NCBI GenBank assembly: GCA_036677065.1
Contig: JAKFBS010000004.1
Location: forward strand, 224,001 to 288,000
DNA length: 64,000 nt
Source: Bdellovibrio sp.
Lineage (GTDB): Bacteria > Bdellovibrionota > Bdellovibrionia > Bdellovibrionales > Bdellovibrionaceae
Direction of reading: 5' to 3'
Part shown: positions 46,713 to 56,226 of the stretch, in pieces
Position numbering within the stretch: position 1 is the first letter of the stretch
Layout of the letters: the number at the start of each line of letters is the position of its first letter
Translations under genes and position numbers: made by a program
Notes under the pieces: generated by a model
What the model was told of the DNA's origin: nothing
Databases searched by the model: none
Seen by the model: the letters and a program-made list of their open reading frames with translations, nothing else

Positions 46713-47648
46713 TTATCCCCAAGCTTTCAGAGCTAACATCACAAAGTAAAAAATCGGAGCCACAAAAATTAAACGATCCATGCGTTGTAAAAAATCACCG
46801 CGGCCTAAAACAAACGGGCCCACGATTTTTACACCAGCGTCTTTTCGAAACACAGCCATCACTAAATCGCCGACAACGCCACCAAATGAAGCCACTAAGC
46901 CTGAAGCTAGCCAGTATTGTTCGCCACGATCAGGTAATAAGTGGCGCATACCGTAAGCTAAGGCTACCGTCATTAAGATTGAAGTTGCTGTACTTAAAAA
47001 CGTACGACGCTGTGAAAGTTCAGCAAAAATTTTATTGCCACGAAAATATCCGCTGATCGCTAAATTCGTGTTGTCACAGAATTCAGTTAAGATCACTAAG
47101 TACATTAGCTGGTAAATGCCGTTTTCAAAATTTAGCAACAATGCTAAATGCATAAATGACCAGCCTAAGAAGATAAATCCTAAAAGGGTTAATGAAATAT
47201 ACTGGATCATATTTTTGTATTCGCGTTTAATCAGCGGAACCAAACATAAAGCCCCCAAGACAATCATCGGCATTGAATTGTAGGTAACGAGATTATCGTA
47301 ATACGAACAAGCGGCTAATCCTAAGATTCCACCGTAAGCAATATAAACAAAGGAACTCTTGTGAAAGATACCCAAGATCTGAAAATAAGCCTTAGCGCCA
47401 AAGATCGCAAAAACAGTTAATGCAATAAATGGAATTGGGTAGGGAAGCCCCAATACACCAAACATGATGGGAGCAAAGATCAGCCAACTTTTAATCGAAG
47501 CCCAAGCCACCATTGAATATTGATTTTTTTTACGAAGTAAAAAGTTAACTATCCCGCCAGCAAAAAGAACTGCAATAACGATCAAAGCTGTTTGTTGATA
47601 AATAGGGCTGTGCCAGCCGATGAAATCTGATTGAAGGGGATTATTCAT
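46713..47648 (-). CDS. Phosphatidate cytidylyltransferase family protein (CdsA/YnbB-like)
   Basis: Multiple TM helices; GDLVMAVFRKDAGVK...GRGDFLQRMD resembles the CTP-transferase signature; adjacent to the acyltransferase gene. Confidence 0.8.
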   Translation of the reverse strand: MNNPLQSDFIGWHSPIYQQTALIVIAVLFAGGIVNFLLRKKNQYSMVAWASIKSWLIFAPIMFGVLGLPYPIPFIALTVFAIFGAKAYFQILGIFHKSSFVYIAYGGILGLAACSYYDNLVTYNSMPMIVLGALCLVPLIKREYKNMIQYISLTLLGFIFLGWSFMHLALLLNFENGIYQLMYLVILTEFCDNTNLAISGYFRGNKIFAELSQRRTFLSTATSILMTVALAYGMRHLLPDRGEQYWLASGLVASFGGVVGDLVMAVFRKDAGVKIVGPFVLGRGDFLQRMDRLIFVAPIFYFVMLALKAWG

Positions 47649-48981
47649 AAACTATTCCGTAATCTTTAATTTTTTTATACAAGCTTGATTTTGAAATCTG
47701 TAAAGACGTACAAGCTTGGTCGATATTATTATTTTGTTTTAATAAAAGAGTAATAAACTTTTTTTCTTGGGCATTGATAAACTCTTCTAAACTTTGATCT
47801 AACTTAATGGTTTCGCTATTTTCAGGCATTCCACTTGAAAACAATAGGCGATTAACATCTTCTTTAAGAACCACTGGTAGCGGCGATGTTAATACCAGCT
47901 GTTCGCACACCCGCTTTAATTCGCGAATGTTGCCGGGCCAATCATAAGCCTGCAACGCCTCAAACGCTTCTTGGTCGAATTGTTTATTGCGTTTAGCCTT
48001 ATCTTTTTCCAGAAAAAACTTAGCCACATCAGGAATATCTGATTTGCGTTCGCGCAAACCCGGTAAACTGATTTTATGAGCCGAAATTCTAAAATATAAA
48101 TCTTCGCGAAACTTTTTTTCAGCGATAAGTTGTTTTAATGGCTGATTGCTGGCCGCGATCACACGCACATCAACATGAAATGATTCTTTAGAGCCGACTT
48201 TTTTAACTTCACCGGTTTCTAAGAAACGTAAAAGTTTAGCTTGCTGCCCTAAAGGAAGGGCTTCAATTTCGTCTAAAAATAAATCTCCACCATGAGCGGC
48301 TTCGCAAAGACCGACTTTGTTTTGATCAGCTCCGGTGAATGAACCTTTAATGTGACCGAAAAATTCAGATTCAAATAGGTTTTCAGAAATCCCGGCGCAA
48401 TTGATTGTTACAAAAGGTTTTGCGCCTTCTTGCTGGGCTAAAAGCCTAGCTATAACATCTTTACCGGTTCCGGTTTCACCTTCGATAAGAACTGAACTTC
48501 GTTCACCTTTAAGCGAGGCAATCGTTTTTCTAACTTGTTCCATGATCGGTGATTGGCCTACAAGAGTCGTTTTTTTGTGATTCGAATATTCAACTTGGCG
48601 CAATTGCCAGTAAGCCATGATTTTTTCTAAGGTCATCGTTACTTCAGCAGCGATCAAGGGCTTAGCTAAAAAGCGGGCGGCACCAGATTTTATCGCCATT
48701 TCCATGTTCTGCCGGTTTAAATCACCAGACATCGAAACAATTTCAGTTTGCGGATTTTTTTTCAACAATTGTGCAATGATGGTAGGGCCATCTGGCGTTT
48801 CGCCAACCTTAGACAGAATATGCATGTCGACCATAGCCGCATGATAAAAGACGTGATCAGGAATCAAATCTGGTTTGGTGGCGATAAAAACTTTAAAGCC
48901 CGCAGGAGCCATCAGCTTTACAGAATTAGCAAGCATTGCATCATCATCGACGATGAGTAAATTAAGTAAATCAGTAGACAT
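47641..48981 (-). CDS. Sigma54-dependent response regulator (NtrC family)
   Basis: Receiver domain, GETGTGK, ESEFFGHIKGSFTGA, LFLDEI, FREDLYFR, WPGNIREL and C-terminal Fis-type HTH. Confidence 0.93.
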   Translation of the reverse strand: MSTDLLNLLIVDDDAMLANSVKLMAPAGFKVFIATKPDLIPDHVFYHAAMVDMHILSKVGETPDGPTIIAQLLKKNPQTEIVSMSGDLNRQNMEMAIKSGAARFLAKPLIAAEVTMTLEKIMAYWQLRQVEYSNHKKTTLVGQSPIMEQVRKTIASLKGERSSVLIEGETGTGKDVIARLLAQQEGAKPFVTINCAGISENLFESEFFGHIKGSFTGADQNKVGLCEAAHGGDLFLDEIEALPLGQQAKLLRFLETGEVKKVGSKESFHVDVRVIAASNQPLKQLIAEKKFREDLYFRISAHKISLPGLRERKSDIPDVAKFFLEKDKAKRNKQFDQEAFEALQAYDWPGNIRELKRVCEQLVLTSPLPVVLKEDVNRLLFSSGMPENSETIKLDQSLEEFINAQEKKFITLLLKQNNNIDQACTSLQISKSSLYKKIKDYGIVYE

Positions 48982-49008
48982 TGCCTTATTCTATTCTAGA
49001 ATAAATGC

Positions 49009-50226
49009 ATGTCAAAAATTAAAATTTTACTTGCTGAAGGAATCCACCCCGTTGCCCAAGAAAAGCTGCAGGCGGAAGGATATATTGTTGACTTAATTAA
49101 GCATGCTCCGGCTGAAGACGAGTATTTAAATTTACTTTCTCAATATCAAGTTTTAGGTATTCGTTCAAAATCAGAATTAACGGCTAAAATTTTAAAAAAT
49201 AACCCACATTTACTGGCTATTGGTGCATTCTGTATTGGCACAAATCAAATAGATTTGGCGACAGCAACTGAAGTAGGAATTCCAATTTTTAATGCTCCCC
49301 ACAGTAATACACGTTCGGTGGCTGAATTAGTGATCGCAGAAATGATCTCTCTTTCGCGTCAGTTATGTGATCGTAATACGATGGCACATCGTGGTGAATG
49401 GGTTAAATCTGCTGATGGTTCACGCGAAGTCCGCGGTAAAACTTTAGGAATCGTTGGTTACGGCCATATCGGAAGCCAGCTAAGTGTTTTAGCTGAAGCT
49501 ATGGGGATGCGGGTAGTATTTTATGATGTTGTTAAAAAATTACCTTTAGGCAATGCTCAGCCCAAAACAAAATTAGATGATTTATTAGCCTCAGCTGATT
49601 TTATCAGTTTGCACGTGCCAGAGACACCTGAAACAAAAAATATGATTTCAAAAGATCAGCTTTTTAAAATGAAAAAAGGCAGTTTTTTAATCAATGCTTC
49701 GCGCGGCACGGTCGTCAATATCGAAGATTTAGTTTTAGCGTTAAAAGAAAACCATATTGCAGGTTGTGCCATTGATGTATTTCCGATTGAACCGGCATCA
49801 AATAAAGAATCTTTTAAATCAAACTTACAAAATCTAAAAAATGTTATTCTTACTCCGCATATCGGCGGCAGCACTGAAGAGGCACAATATTCGATTGGTC
49901 TTGAAGTGGCTGAAAGTTTTCGTAAGTTTTTACAGACGGGAACTACAGCCGGGGCTGTGAATTTTCCGAATGTTGAATTAGTACCTAAAACCAATGTCAC
50001 ACGACTTATGAATGTTCATAAAAATGAGCCCGGCGTGCTTGGTGAAATCAATGGCTATATCTCTGAAGCAGGCGCCAATATCCAGGCTCAGTATTTATCG
50101 ACTGATTCTAAAATTGGTTATCTGGTGGTTGATCTTGAAATGGATAAAGCCAAGCTTTCAGTGGCGCAATTAATTGATAAAATCCAAAAATCTTCGCGCA
50201 ATATTAAAACTCACCAGGTGTTTTAA
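49009..50226 (+). CDS. serA: D-3-phosphoglycerate dehydrogenase (E. coli-type, C-terminal ACT)
   Basis: FCIGTNQ, NAPHSNTRSVAEL, GYGHIG, NASRG, TPHIGGSTEEAQ and H.N.PGVL ACT motifs. Confidence 0.95.
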   Translation: MSKIKILLAEGIHPVAQEKLQAEGYIVDLIKHAPAEDEYLNLLSQYQVLGIRSKSELTAKILKNNPHLLAIGAFCIGTNQIDLATATEVGIPIFNAPHSNTRSVAELVIAEMISLSRQLCDRNTMAHRGEWVKSADGSREVRGKTLGIVGYGHIGSQLSVLAEAMGMRVVFYDVVKKLPLGNAQPKTKLDDLLASADFISLHVPETPETKNMISKDQLFKMKKGSFLINASRGTVVNIEDLVLALKENHIAGCAIDVFPIEPASNKESFKSNLQNLKNVILTPHIGGSTEEAQYSIGLEVAESFRKFLQTGTTAGAVNFPNVELVPKTNVTRLMNVHKNEPGVLGEINGYISEAGANIQAQYLSTDSKIGYLVVDLEMDKAKLSVAQLIDKIQKSSRNIKTHQVF

Positions 50227-50255
50227 AGCGGCCTTCATTTTGTATCTAGAAAATC

Positions 50256-51026
50256 GTGATTTTAAGAATGACGGCAAATCTATTTAAAGGGCTATTCGGC
50301 CTATGGCTTCTGCTATATCCATGTCTATCTTTTGGACAAGGGCGCCTAAATGTGGTTTTTGACTTGGACTGGACGCTTTTAAATTCAACCACTGAGGCCA
50401 TGGTGCAGGCTGAACCTTCAGGAACTTTTAGCTTCGAGGGTAAATGGTACCGTATTGCCCATGGCACTGCCGAGTCGATTAAAAAACTGCATGAGCAAGG
50501 AATTGATGTGTCGCTTTTTAGTGGTGGCGGCAGTGAACGCAATGACTTTGCGGCAAAAATTATTCAACAACAAGTGAATGAGTTAATAGGAAATAACGAG
50601 TTTCAGTTTAAACAGGTCTTAGATTTACATGATTTATTAGTCGTAAGCACTGACCCGAATGCTCGCTTTGCCGAAAAATATAAAAAAGAATTATCGCGAT
50701 TTTTTGATGTCGAACGCACCTTGATTGTCGATGATATGATGGCCTTCAGTGTAAAAGGTCAGGAGAAAAACTTAGTCTGGTTAGGCAAAACCTATAACGA
50801 CCGCCCGCGTTTTGAATTACAAAGTAGCGAAAGTGCTGAGGCTAAGGCTTATTCGGCTCCAGATTTTTTAGAATGGTTGCGCGATTATAATAAAATTATT
50901 ACAGCTGTGGCTGACATTTTAAAAGCTAAAGCGATCATGCAAAAAAGCAACATCAGCTTACCGGAAGCCTTCTATAGGGTTGATCCTTTTAAAAATAAAT
51001 TTCCGATGTGCGGAAATCTATTCTGA
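50256..51026 (+). CDS. Secreted HAD-superfamily phosphatase-like protein
   Basis: VVFDLDWTL, LFSGG and LIVDD motifs; signal-like N-terminus; start codon uncertain. Confidence 0.72.
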   Translation: MILRMTANLFKGLFGLWLLLYPCLSFGQGRLNVVFDLDWTLLNSTTEAMVQAEPSGTFSFEGKWYRIAHGTAESIKKLHEQGIDVSLFSGGGSERNDFAAKIIQQQVNELIGNNEFQFKQVLDLHDLLVVSTDPNARFAEKYKKELSRFFDVERTLIVDDMMAFSVKGQEKNLVWLGKTYNDRPRFELQSSESAEAKAYSAPDFLEWLRDYNKIITAVADILKAKAIMQKSNISLPEAFYRVDPFKNKFPMCGNLF

Positions 51027-51431
51027 CCCGTAAAGACTAATGTTTCCTGCTTTGTGCGGAAACGGGTCTTTAAGAGCCACCTTGACCGATGTTACACATT
51101 TTTGACAGACCACCTGATGATCTGGATACAAAATACCTCTTTTAAATTTAATCTTCTCTTTGCAGTGTGGACAGGCCACATGACCGTGATGAATTTCGAA
51201 TTTAGCCTTTTCTGCTTTAAGAGCCTGATAAATACCGATCACAAAAAATAGCGGCGTTAAGAAAACATCATAAACGGGTATAAAAAATGTGACAAAAGCC
51301 AAGCCCCAGAAAATAAGTAATTTTATAAGGATGTTTTTAACTATTTCGACTTTTAAGAAGCGGCGGACATACAAAGTGCCAGTTTGTTGTTCGTCACTGG
51401 GCGTGTAAGCCCTAATGAGAATTTGTTCCAT
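51018..51431 (-). CDS. Two-TM protein with C-terminal zinc ribbon (paralog of 51578..51940)
   Basis: CPHC...CQKC; N-terminus MEQILIRAYTPSD. Confidence 0.75.
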   Translation of the reverse strand: MEQILIRAYTPSDEQQTGTLYVRRFLKVEIVKNILIKLLIFWGLAFVTFFIPVYDVFLTPLFFVIGIYQALKAEKAKFEIHHGHVACPHCKEKIKFKRGILYPDHQVVCQKCVTSVKVALKDPFPHKAGNISLYGSE

Positions 51432-51577
51432 ACTTGCCTCACCTTATTTATCACTCTAGCAGAATTTAAAGAATAGTCAGTGTTTGATGCTTTTCATAAT
51501 GAAGAATGTAAGGATTAATCAGTACCGTGCTATGCAGAAATGCGGTGCTTCGTTGACATACAAAATATAGATTAAGT

Positions 51578-51940
51578 TTAGGCTAACAGTGTAACTTGCG
51601 TTATGCAGCTCTGACAAATTTCTTTGTGGCCTTTGATAAAAACAGATTTTTTAATCGCGATGATTTTTTGACAGCGCGGACAGGGAACTTGGCCATCTTG
51701 AATTTCGAACTGAGCTTTTTTAGCTTTCAAGGCCTGAAAAATACCTAGAATAAAAAACAAGGGCACTGTAATAAAATGAAATACCGGAATTAAAATTGTA
51801 ACTAAAGCAATACCCCAGAACAGACCTAATTTTTTTAAAACATTGATCATGATATCTTGTTTTGAAAAACGACGAATCTGCAATGTGCCGCTTTGTTCTG
51901 GATCACTCGGGGTGTAAGCTTTAATCGAAATCTGTTCCAT
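51578..51940 (-). CDS. Two-TM protein with C-terminal zinc ribbon (paralog of 51018..51431)
   Basis: CPRC...CQSC; N-terminus MEQISIKAYTPSD; IPVFHFITVP. Confidence 0.78.
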   Translation of the reverse strand: MEQISIKAYTPSDPEQSGTLQIRRFSKQDIMINVLKKLGLFWGIALVTILIPVFHFITVPLFFILGIFQALKAKKAQFEIQDGQVPCPRCQKIIAIKKSVFIKGHKEICQSCITQVTLLA

Positions 51941-51943
51941 GGG

Positions 51944-53326
51944 TTAGTCGATCACTTTACCTGGGTTAATGATATTATCTGGATCAAAAACTTTTTTGAT
52001 GCCTTTCATGATTTCAATCTCGGTATTAGATCTCGTGTAATTTAAAAATGATTTTTTTGATAAACCTACACCGTGTTCAGCAGAAATACTGCCGTGCTGG
52101 TTTTTGACAGCTTGAAACACTAATTCATCAACCTTACGGCATTCTTTGACAAAAACTTCTTTTGTCATGCCTTCGGGCCGCAAAATATTAATATGTAAAT
52201 TGCCATCACCAATATGGCCAAACCAAATCACTTCCCAAGTAGGGTAAGCTTTCGTTAAAACCTGATCTAACTCTTGCATAAAAGCCGGAACTTTTGAAAT
52301 CGCAACGGCAATATCATTTTTGTACGGAGAATATTTTGAAAGCGATTCACTGATGTCTTCACGGTAACGCCAAAAAGTTTGCGCCTGTGCTTCAGATTGC
52401 GAAATAACACCGTCAATAATCATGCCTTGTTCTAAACACGATTCAAAAACGCTCATAACTTTTTCTTCGGCTTCTGCCGTTGGGCATTCAACTTCGCATA
52501 CGACATAAAAATCAGTGACTGTTTCAAATGGGCGGTGCAGATCATCCGTTGAAGCTAAAACTTTTTGTAATGCCTTTTCGGAAAACATTTCGTAAGCCTG
52601 CATATGGCAGTGTTTTTTAAATTCAGCATATACTTTCATGACCGAAGCCATTTGATCCAGAGCTAAAACTAAAACTTTTAATTCTGGTGGTTTGGGTGCA
52701 AGTTTAATTAAAGCTTCAGTGATAAAACCTAAGATGCCTTCGCTGCCGATAAATAAATGTCTAAGATCAAGACCAGTCGCATTTTTAACAAGGCCGTTAT
52801 TTAATTCTAAAATTTCGCCAGTGCCGGTAACAACTTTTAACCCAACAACCCAGTCACGGGTTAAACCGTAACGTACAACTTTAATACCGCCGGCATTTGT
52901 TGCAATGTTGCCGCCCATTTGCGAAGACCCGCTGGCTGCGAAATCTACAGGGTAGAATAAGCCTTTATCTACCGCGTAGTTTTGTAATTCTTCGGTAATC
53001 ATGCCTGGCTGAATGCGAACAGTTGAATCAGTTTCGTTAAATTCTAAAACTTTATTCATACGTTCAAAACTAACAACCGCTTCGCCGTGAGTCGCACAAG
53101 CTGCGCCACTTAAGCCAGTACGGCCACCCGAAGGCACTAAAGCAATTTTATGTTTACGAGCCCAGTGAACAATTTCAACAACGTCAGTTGTCGACTCAGG
53201 AAACAAAATAGCTGAGGCTTTGATGTCGTAATACGTCGTCCAATCTTTACCGTAGTAAGATAGCGAATCCGCATCGGTTTTAATTTGTTGGGGAGCTAAA
53301 GGTAATTCTTTAAGGTATGAATCCAT
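51944..53326 (-). CDS. FAD-binding (VAO/PCMH) D-2-hydroxyacid dehydrogenase, D-2-hydroxyglutarate dehydrogenase-like
   Basis: PSGGRTGLSG, GGNIATNAGG, GSEGILG, GHIGDGNLH, SAEHGVG and FDPDNIINPGK motifs. Confidence 0.9.
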   Translation of the reverse strand: MDSYLKELPLAPQQIKTDADSLSYYGKDWTTYYDIKASAILFPESTTDVVEIVHWARKHKIALVPSGGRTGLSGAACATHGEAVVSFERMNKVLEFNETDSTVRIQPGMITEELQNYAVDKGLFYPVDFAASGSSQMGGNIATNAGGIKVVRYGLTRDWVVGLKVVTGTGEILELNNGLVKNATGLDLRHLFIGSEGILGFITEALIKLAPKPPELKVLVLALDQMASVMKVYAEFKKHCHMQAYEMFSEKALQKVLASTDDLHRPFETVTDFYVVCEVECPTAEAEEKVMSVFESCLEQGMIIDGVISQSEAQAQTFWRYREDISESLSKYSPYKNDIAVAISKVPAFMQELDQVLTKAYPTWEVIWFGHIGDGNLHINILRPEGMTKEVFVKECRKVDELVFQAVKNQHGSISAEHGVGLSKKSFLNYTRSNTEIEIMKGIKKVFDPDNIINPGKVID

Positions 53327-53334
53327 ACCTTAAA

Positions 53335-53517
53335 CTATCGCAAAGTTCTGATCCGAAAGAAAGAATATATTGGACATAAACCCCACCCGGCAGTGGCAAG
53401 GCCGTACAGTCCAAGGGCGTAAAACCACAAAGGGCCGCCAGCCACAGCGTATGAGAGGGCTAGAACTGAAAGTAAAAAACGAAAGGCCCTGTCCCACAGG
53501 GCCACATTACACAACAT
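53335..53517 (-). CDS. DUF2892/YgaP-like small membrane protein
   Basis: CNV...DR..R and GLCPIY motifs. Confidence 0.8.
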   Translation of the reverse strand: MLCNVALWDRAFRFLLSVLALSYAVAGGPLWFYALGLYGLATAGWGLCPIYSFFRIRTLR

Positions 53518-53520
53518 CGA

Positions 53521-53829
53521 TTAATTTTTAATCAAGTCTTGTAGTTCGCCAGCTTGATACATTTCCATCATGATATCAGAGCCACCAACTAATTTTTTGT
53601 TAATGTAAAGTTGTGGGATTGTCGGCCAGTTGCCGTAGTCTTTGATGCCTTGGCGAATTTCTTCGTCTTCAAGAACATTTACATCTTTAAACTGAACGCC
53701 GATATCTTGTAAAATTGCCGTAGCACGAGCAGAAAAACCGCATTGTGGAAACTGTTGCGTGCCTTTCATAAATAAAACGATTTTGTTGTCGTTTAATAAA
53801 CTATCGATTTTTGTTTTAGTGTCAGACAT
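53521..53829 (-). CDS. grxD: Monothiol glutaredoxin (Grx4)
   Basis: FMKGT..FPQCGFS, WPTIPQLY and GGSD motifs. Confidence 0.95.
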   Translation of the reverse strand: MSDTKTKIDSLLNDNKIVLFMKGTQQFPQCGFSARATAILQDIGVQFKDVNVLEDEEIRQGIKDYGNWPTIPQLYINKKLVGGSDIMMEMYQAGELQDLIKN

Positions 53830-53844
53830 GTGAGTGTCTCCTTA

Positions 53845-54087
53845 TTATTGTTTAATTGCTGTTTTAATTGATAGAGCATGCACTTCGCCAGTTTTTAATT
53901 CTGGTCCGAAAGCTTTCATTACATGCTGGTGTTGTTCGATACGTGACAAGCCTTTAAACGCCTGGCTTTTTACGGCGACTTCCCAGTGGTCTGAAGTTCC
54001 TGTGAGGTCAAAAACCTGAATTTCAGAATTCGGGTCACAGTCGGGATAGTGTTCTTGCAATCTTTGTTTCATCTGATCTAATGTCAT
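53845..54087 (-). CDS. bolA: BolA-family protein
   Basis: DH...S.AFKGLSRIEQHQ...EVHALSI; directly upstream of grxD. Confidence 0.9.
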   Translation of the reverse strand: MTLDQMKQRLQEHYPDCDPNSEIQVFDLTGTSDHWEVAVKSQAFKGLSRIEQHQHVMKAFGPELKTGEVHALSIKTAIKQ

Positions 54088-54091
54088 AGAT

Positions 54092-55888
54092 ATGAGTGAT
54101 AACAAAAATCCGCAGTCGAATCAAGGTGCGAAGCCTCTGTCTTTAGCTAAACAAGTGCTGAAGTTCACTATATCGCTTTTAGCTCTGTATTTAGGAATCA
54201 GAATTCTGTTTTTAGGATGGAATTTTGTACAATTTCGTCAGTTTACGGCTAGCGAACTAGCACTTAGTTTTTTGCATGGCTTACGTTTCGACTTGGTTAT
54301 TGTTGTACCGATCGTGTTTGTGACTGTTCTTGCCTTACTTATTCCAAACAGACTTTTACGTTTTTTAGCTTTAAATGCGATCACTCTAGGGCATGCGGTT
54401 TTGATTTTTGGAAATTTTATCGATGTTGAATTAGTGAATTTTATGGGCCGCCGATTTGCCAGATCAAGTCTGTATTTAGCAACTGAAGGGCAAAATACAA
54501 ACATGCTTCAGTACGGCTATTTAGCGGCGCTGACATTCATTGGATTAAGTGTGTTTCTTGTTCTTTGTTATAAAAGCTATTTTAAAATCAGACCTGAAAT
54601 TGCGCCTCTGTCGCTTAAAGCTAAAAGCATTTTTGTTATTGCCATGATTCCGTTAGTGATTATTTTTGGCCGTGGCGGTCTGCAACTTAAGCCAATTAGT
54701 TATGTGGATGCTAAAATTTTACCGCATACTTACGCCCATCATTTAGTGTTAAACACAAGTTTTACCTTTTTAAAAAGTTTTGGAAAATCTGCTTTTCAAA
54801 GAGAAAAATATTTCACTGAATCTGAGTTATTAAAGTATTTAAACCCTGCGCAAACGACGAAAAAATACGAGGCGCAAAAAGCCAACGGGTATAACTTAGT
54901 TATTTTTATTATCGAGAGTTTGTCGAAAGAATACCTTTCACCCAAACGCACACCGTACTTAACCGAGCTGATCAAAAAAGGTGTTTATTTCGATAAATCT
55001 TATGCCAACGGTCGCAGGTCAGTTGAAGGCATCGCCTCGATATTGGCGGGGATTCCTGCATTGATGGAAGAGCCTTTTTTGAATTCAGAATTTGCGACGA
55101 ATGAATTTATGGGACTGGGGCAGTTATTAAAAAAGCAAAATTATAACACGAGCTTTTTTCACGGTGCTAAAAACGGAACCATGCGTTTTGATGTCTTCAC
55201 CAAAGCCAGTGGATTTGATCGTTACTTTGGAAAGAACGAATACCCTGATTCTAACCAAGACGACGGTTTTTGGGGTATTTACGACGAGCCTTTTTTGCAG
55301 TTCACCTGCGACAAAATGACCGAGATTAAACAGCCGTTTGCTTCGGTAGTCTTTACTTTATCTTCACACCAACCTTTTAAAGTTCCAGACGCCTTCGATA
55401 AAACTTATCAAGGTGATGCGAATGAAATTCCGGTGTTAAAGTCGATCAGTTATGTCGATCATTCGATTAAAAGCTATATGGAGTGCGCAAAAAAACAAGC
55501 TTGGTTTGATAAAACTATTTTTGTATTTATGGCCGATCACACGGGCCCATCTATAGATCCTGCGACAGCAGATTTTGAACAGCTGTTTGAAATCCCGATT
55601 TTATTTTACGCCAAAAATATCGAGATATTACAGGGTTTAAACCCTAACCAGTATGCCCAGCAAATCGATTTATTTCCGACGTTAAACGAGCTTTTTAACT
55701 TAGGCTATATCAACACCAATCACTTAGCCAGATCGCTGTACAGCCAAGGCCCTAAGACGATTGCGCTCTATACAGATCAGCATTATCAGCTGGTGGGCGA
55801 CACTGAAAAAACTGATAATCATTTAAAGGCGATTAAACAGTATTTCAGTCAGGGCCTGTACGATAATCGCTTGTATTTTCCGCGATAA
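54092..55888 (+). CDS. LTA synthase/sulfatase-family membrane protein
   Basis: HGLRFDL, RGGLQ, IIESL, TLSSHQPF, ADH and QIDLFPT motifs; N-terminal TM helices; start uncertain. Confidence 0.88.
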   Translation: MSDNKNPQSNQGAKPLSLAKQVLKFTISLLALYLGIRILFLGWNFVQFRQFTASELALSFLHGLRFDLVIVVPIVFVTVLALLIPNRLLRFLALNAITLGHAVLIFGNFIDVELVNFMGRRFARSSLYLATEGQNTNMLQYGYLAALTFIGLSVFLVLCYKSYFKIRPEIAPLSLKAKSIFVIAMIPLVIIFGRGGLQLKPISYVDAKILPHTYAHHLVLNTSFTFLKSFGKSAFQREKYFTESELLKYLNPAQTTKKYEAQKANGYNLVIFIIESLSKEYLSPKRTPYLTELIKKGVYFDKSYANGRRSVEGIASILAGIPALMEEPFLNSEFATNEFMGLGQLLKKQNYNTSFFHGAKNGTMRFDVFTKASGFDRYFGKNEYPDSNQDDGFWGIYDEPFLQFTCDKMTEIKQPFASVVFTLSSHQPFKVPDAFDKTYQGDANEIPVLKSISYVDHSIKSYMECAKKQAWFDKTIFVFMADHTGPSIDPATADFEQLFEIPILFYAKNIEILQGLNPNQYAQQIDLFPTLNELFNLGYINTNHLARSLYSQGPKTIALYTDQHYQLVGDTEKTDNHLKAIKQYFSQGLYDNRLYFPR

Positions 55889-55905
55889 AACATTAAAAAA
55901 ATCCT

Positions 55906-56220
55906 ATGTCAGATTACGGCGATTATTTTACTCCGGCCTCGGAGTCGCATCAAAAAATCGAAAAAGCCAAAGCCCGCGAAATGCGCCAATCCGTATGGTG
56001 GAAGCAGGTGCTTGGCAAAGGCAAATGTTATCACTGCGAAAAGCAGTTTAAAGCAGAAGCTTTGACGATGGATCATTTAATTCCCATCGCTCGCGGCGGT
56101 AAAACTGATAAGAAAAACTGCGTACCTAGCTGCAAAGACTGCAACACCAAAAAAGGCTATAAAACCAGAGCAGAAATGGCGATGGAAGAGTTAGCTAAAA
56201 AAGATTCTACTGAAGAGTAG
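55906..56220 (+). CDS. HNH endonuclease (small, zinc-binding)
   Basis: CYHC...TMDHLIPIARGG...NCVPSCKDCN. Confidence 0.9.
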   Translation: MSDYGDYFTPASESHQKIEKAKAREMRQSVWWKQVLGKGKCYHCEKQFKAEALTMDHLIPIARGGKTDKKNCVPSCKDCNTKKGYKTRAEMAMEELAKKDSTEE

Positions 56221-56226
56221 TTATTA

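Noticed and set aside
46658..47056. 132-aa plus-strand ORF
   Set aside because: Antisense to the well-supported CdsA-like and PlsC-like genes, with no recognisable motifs.
55906..56220. HNH gene as a homing endonuclease or defence system
   Set aside because: Small stand-alone HNH with no intron, methylase or defence neighbours.
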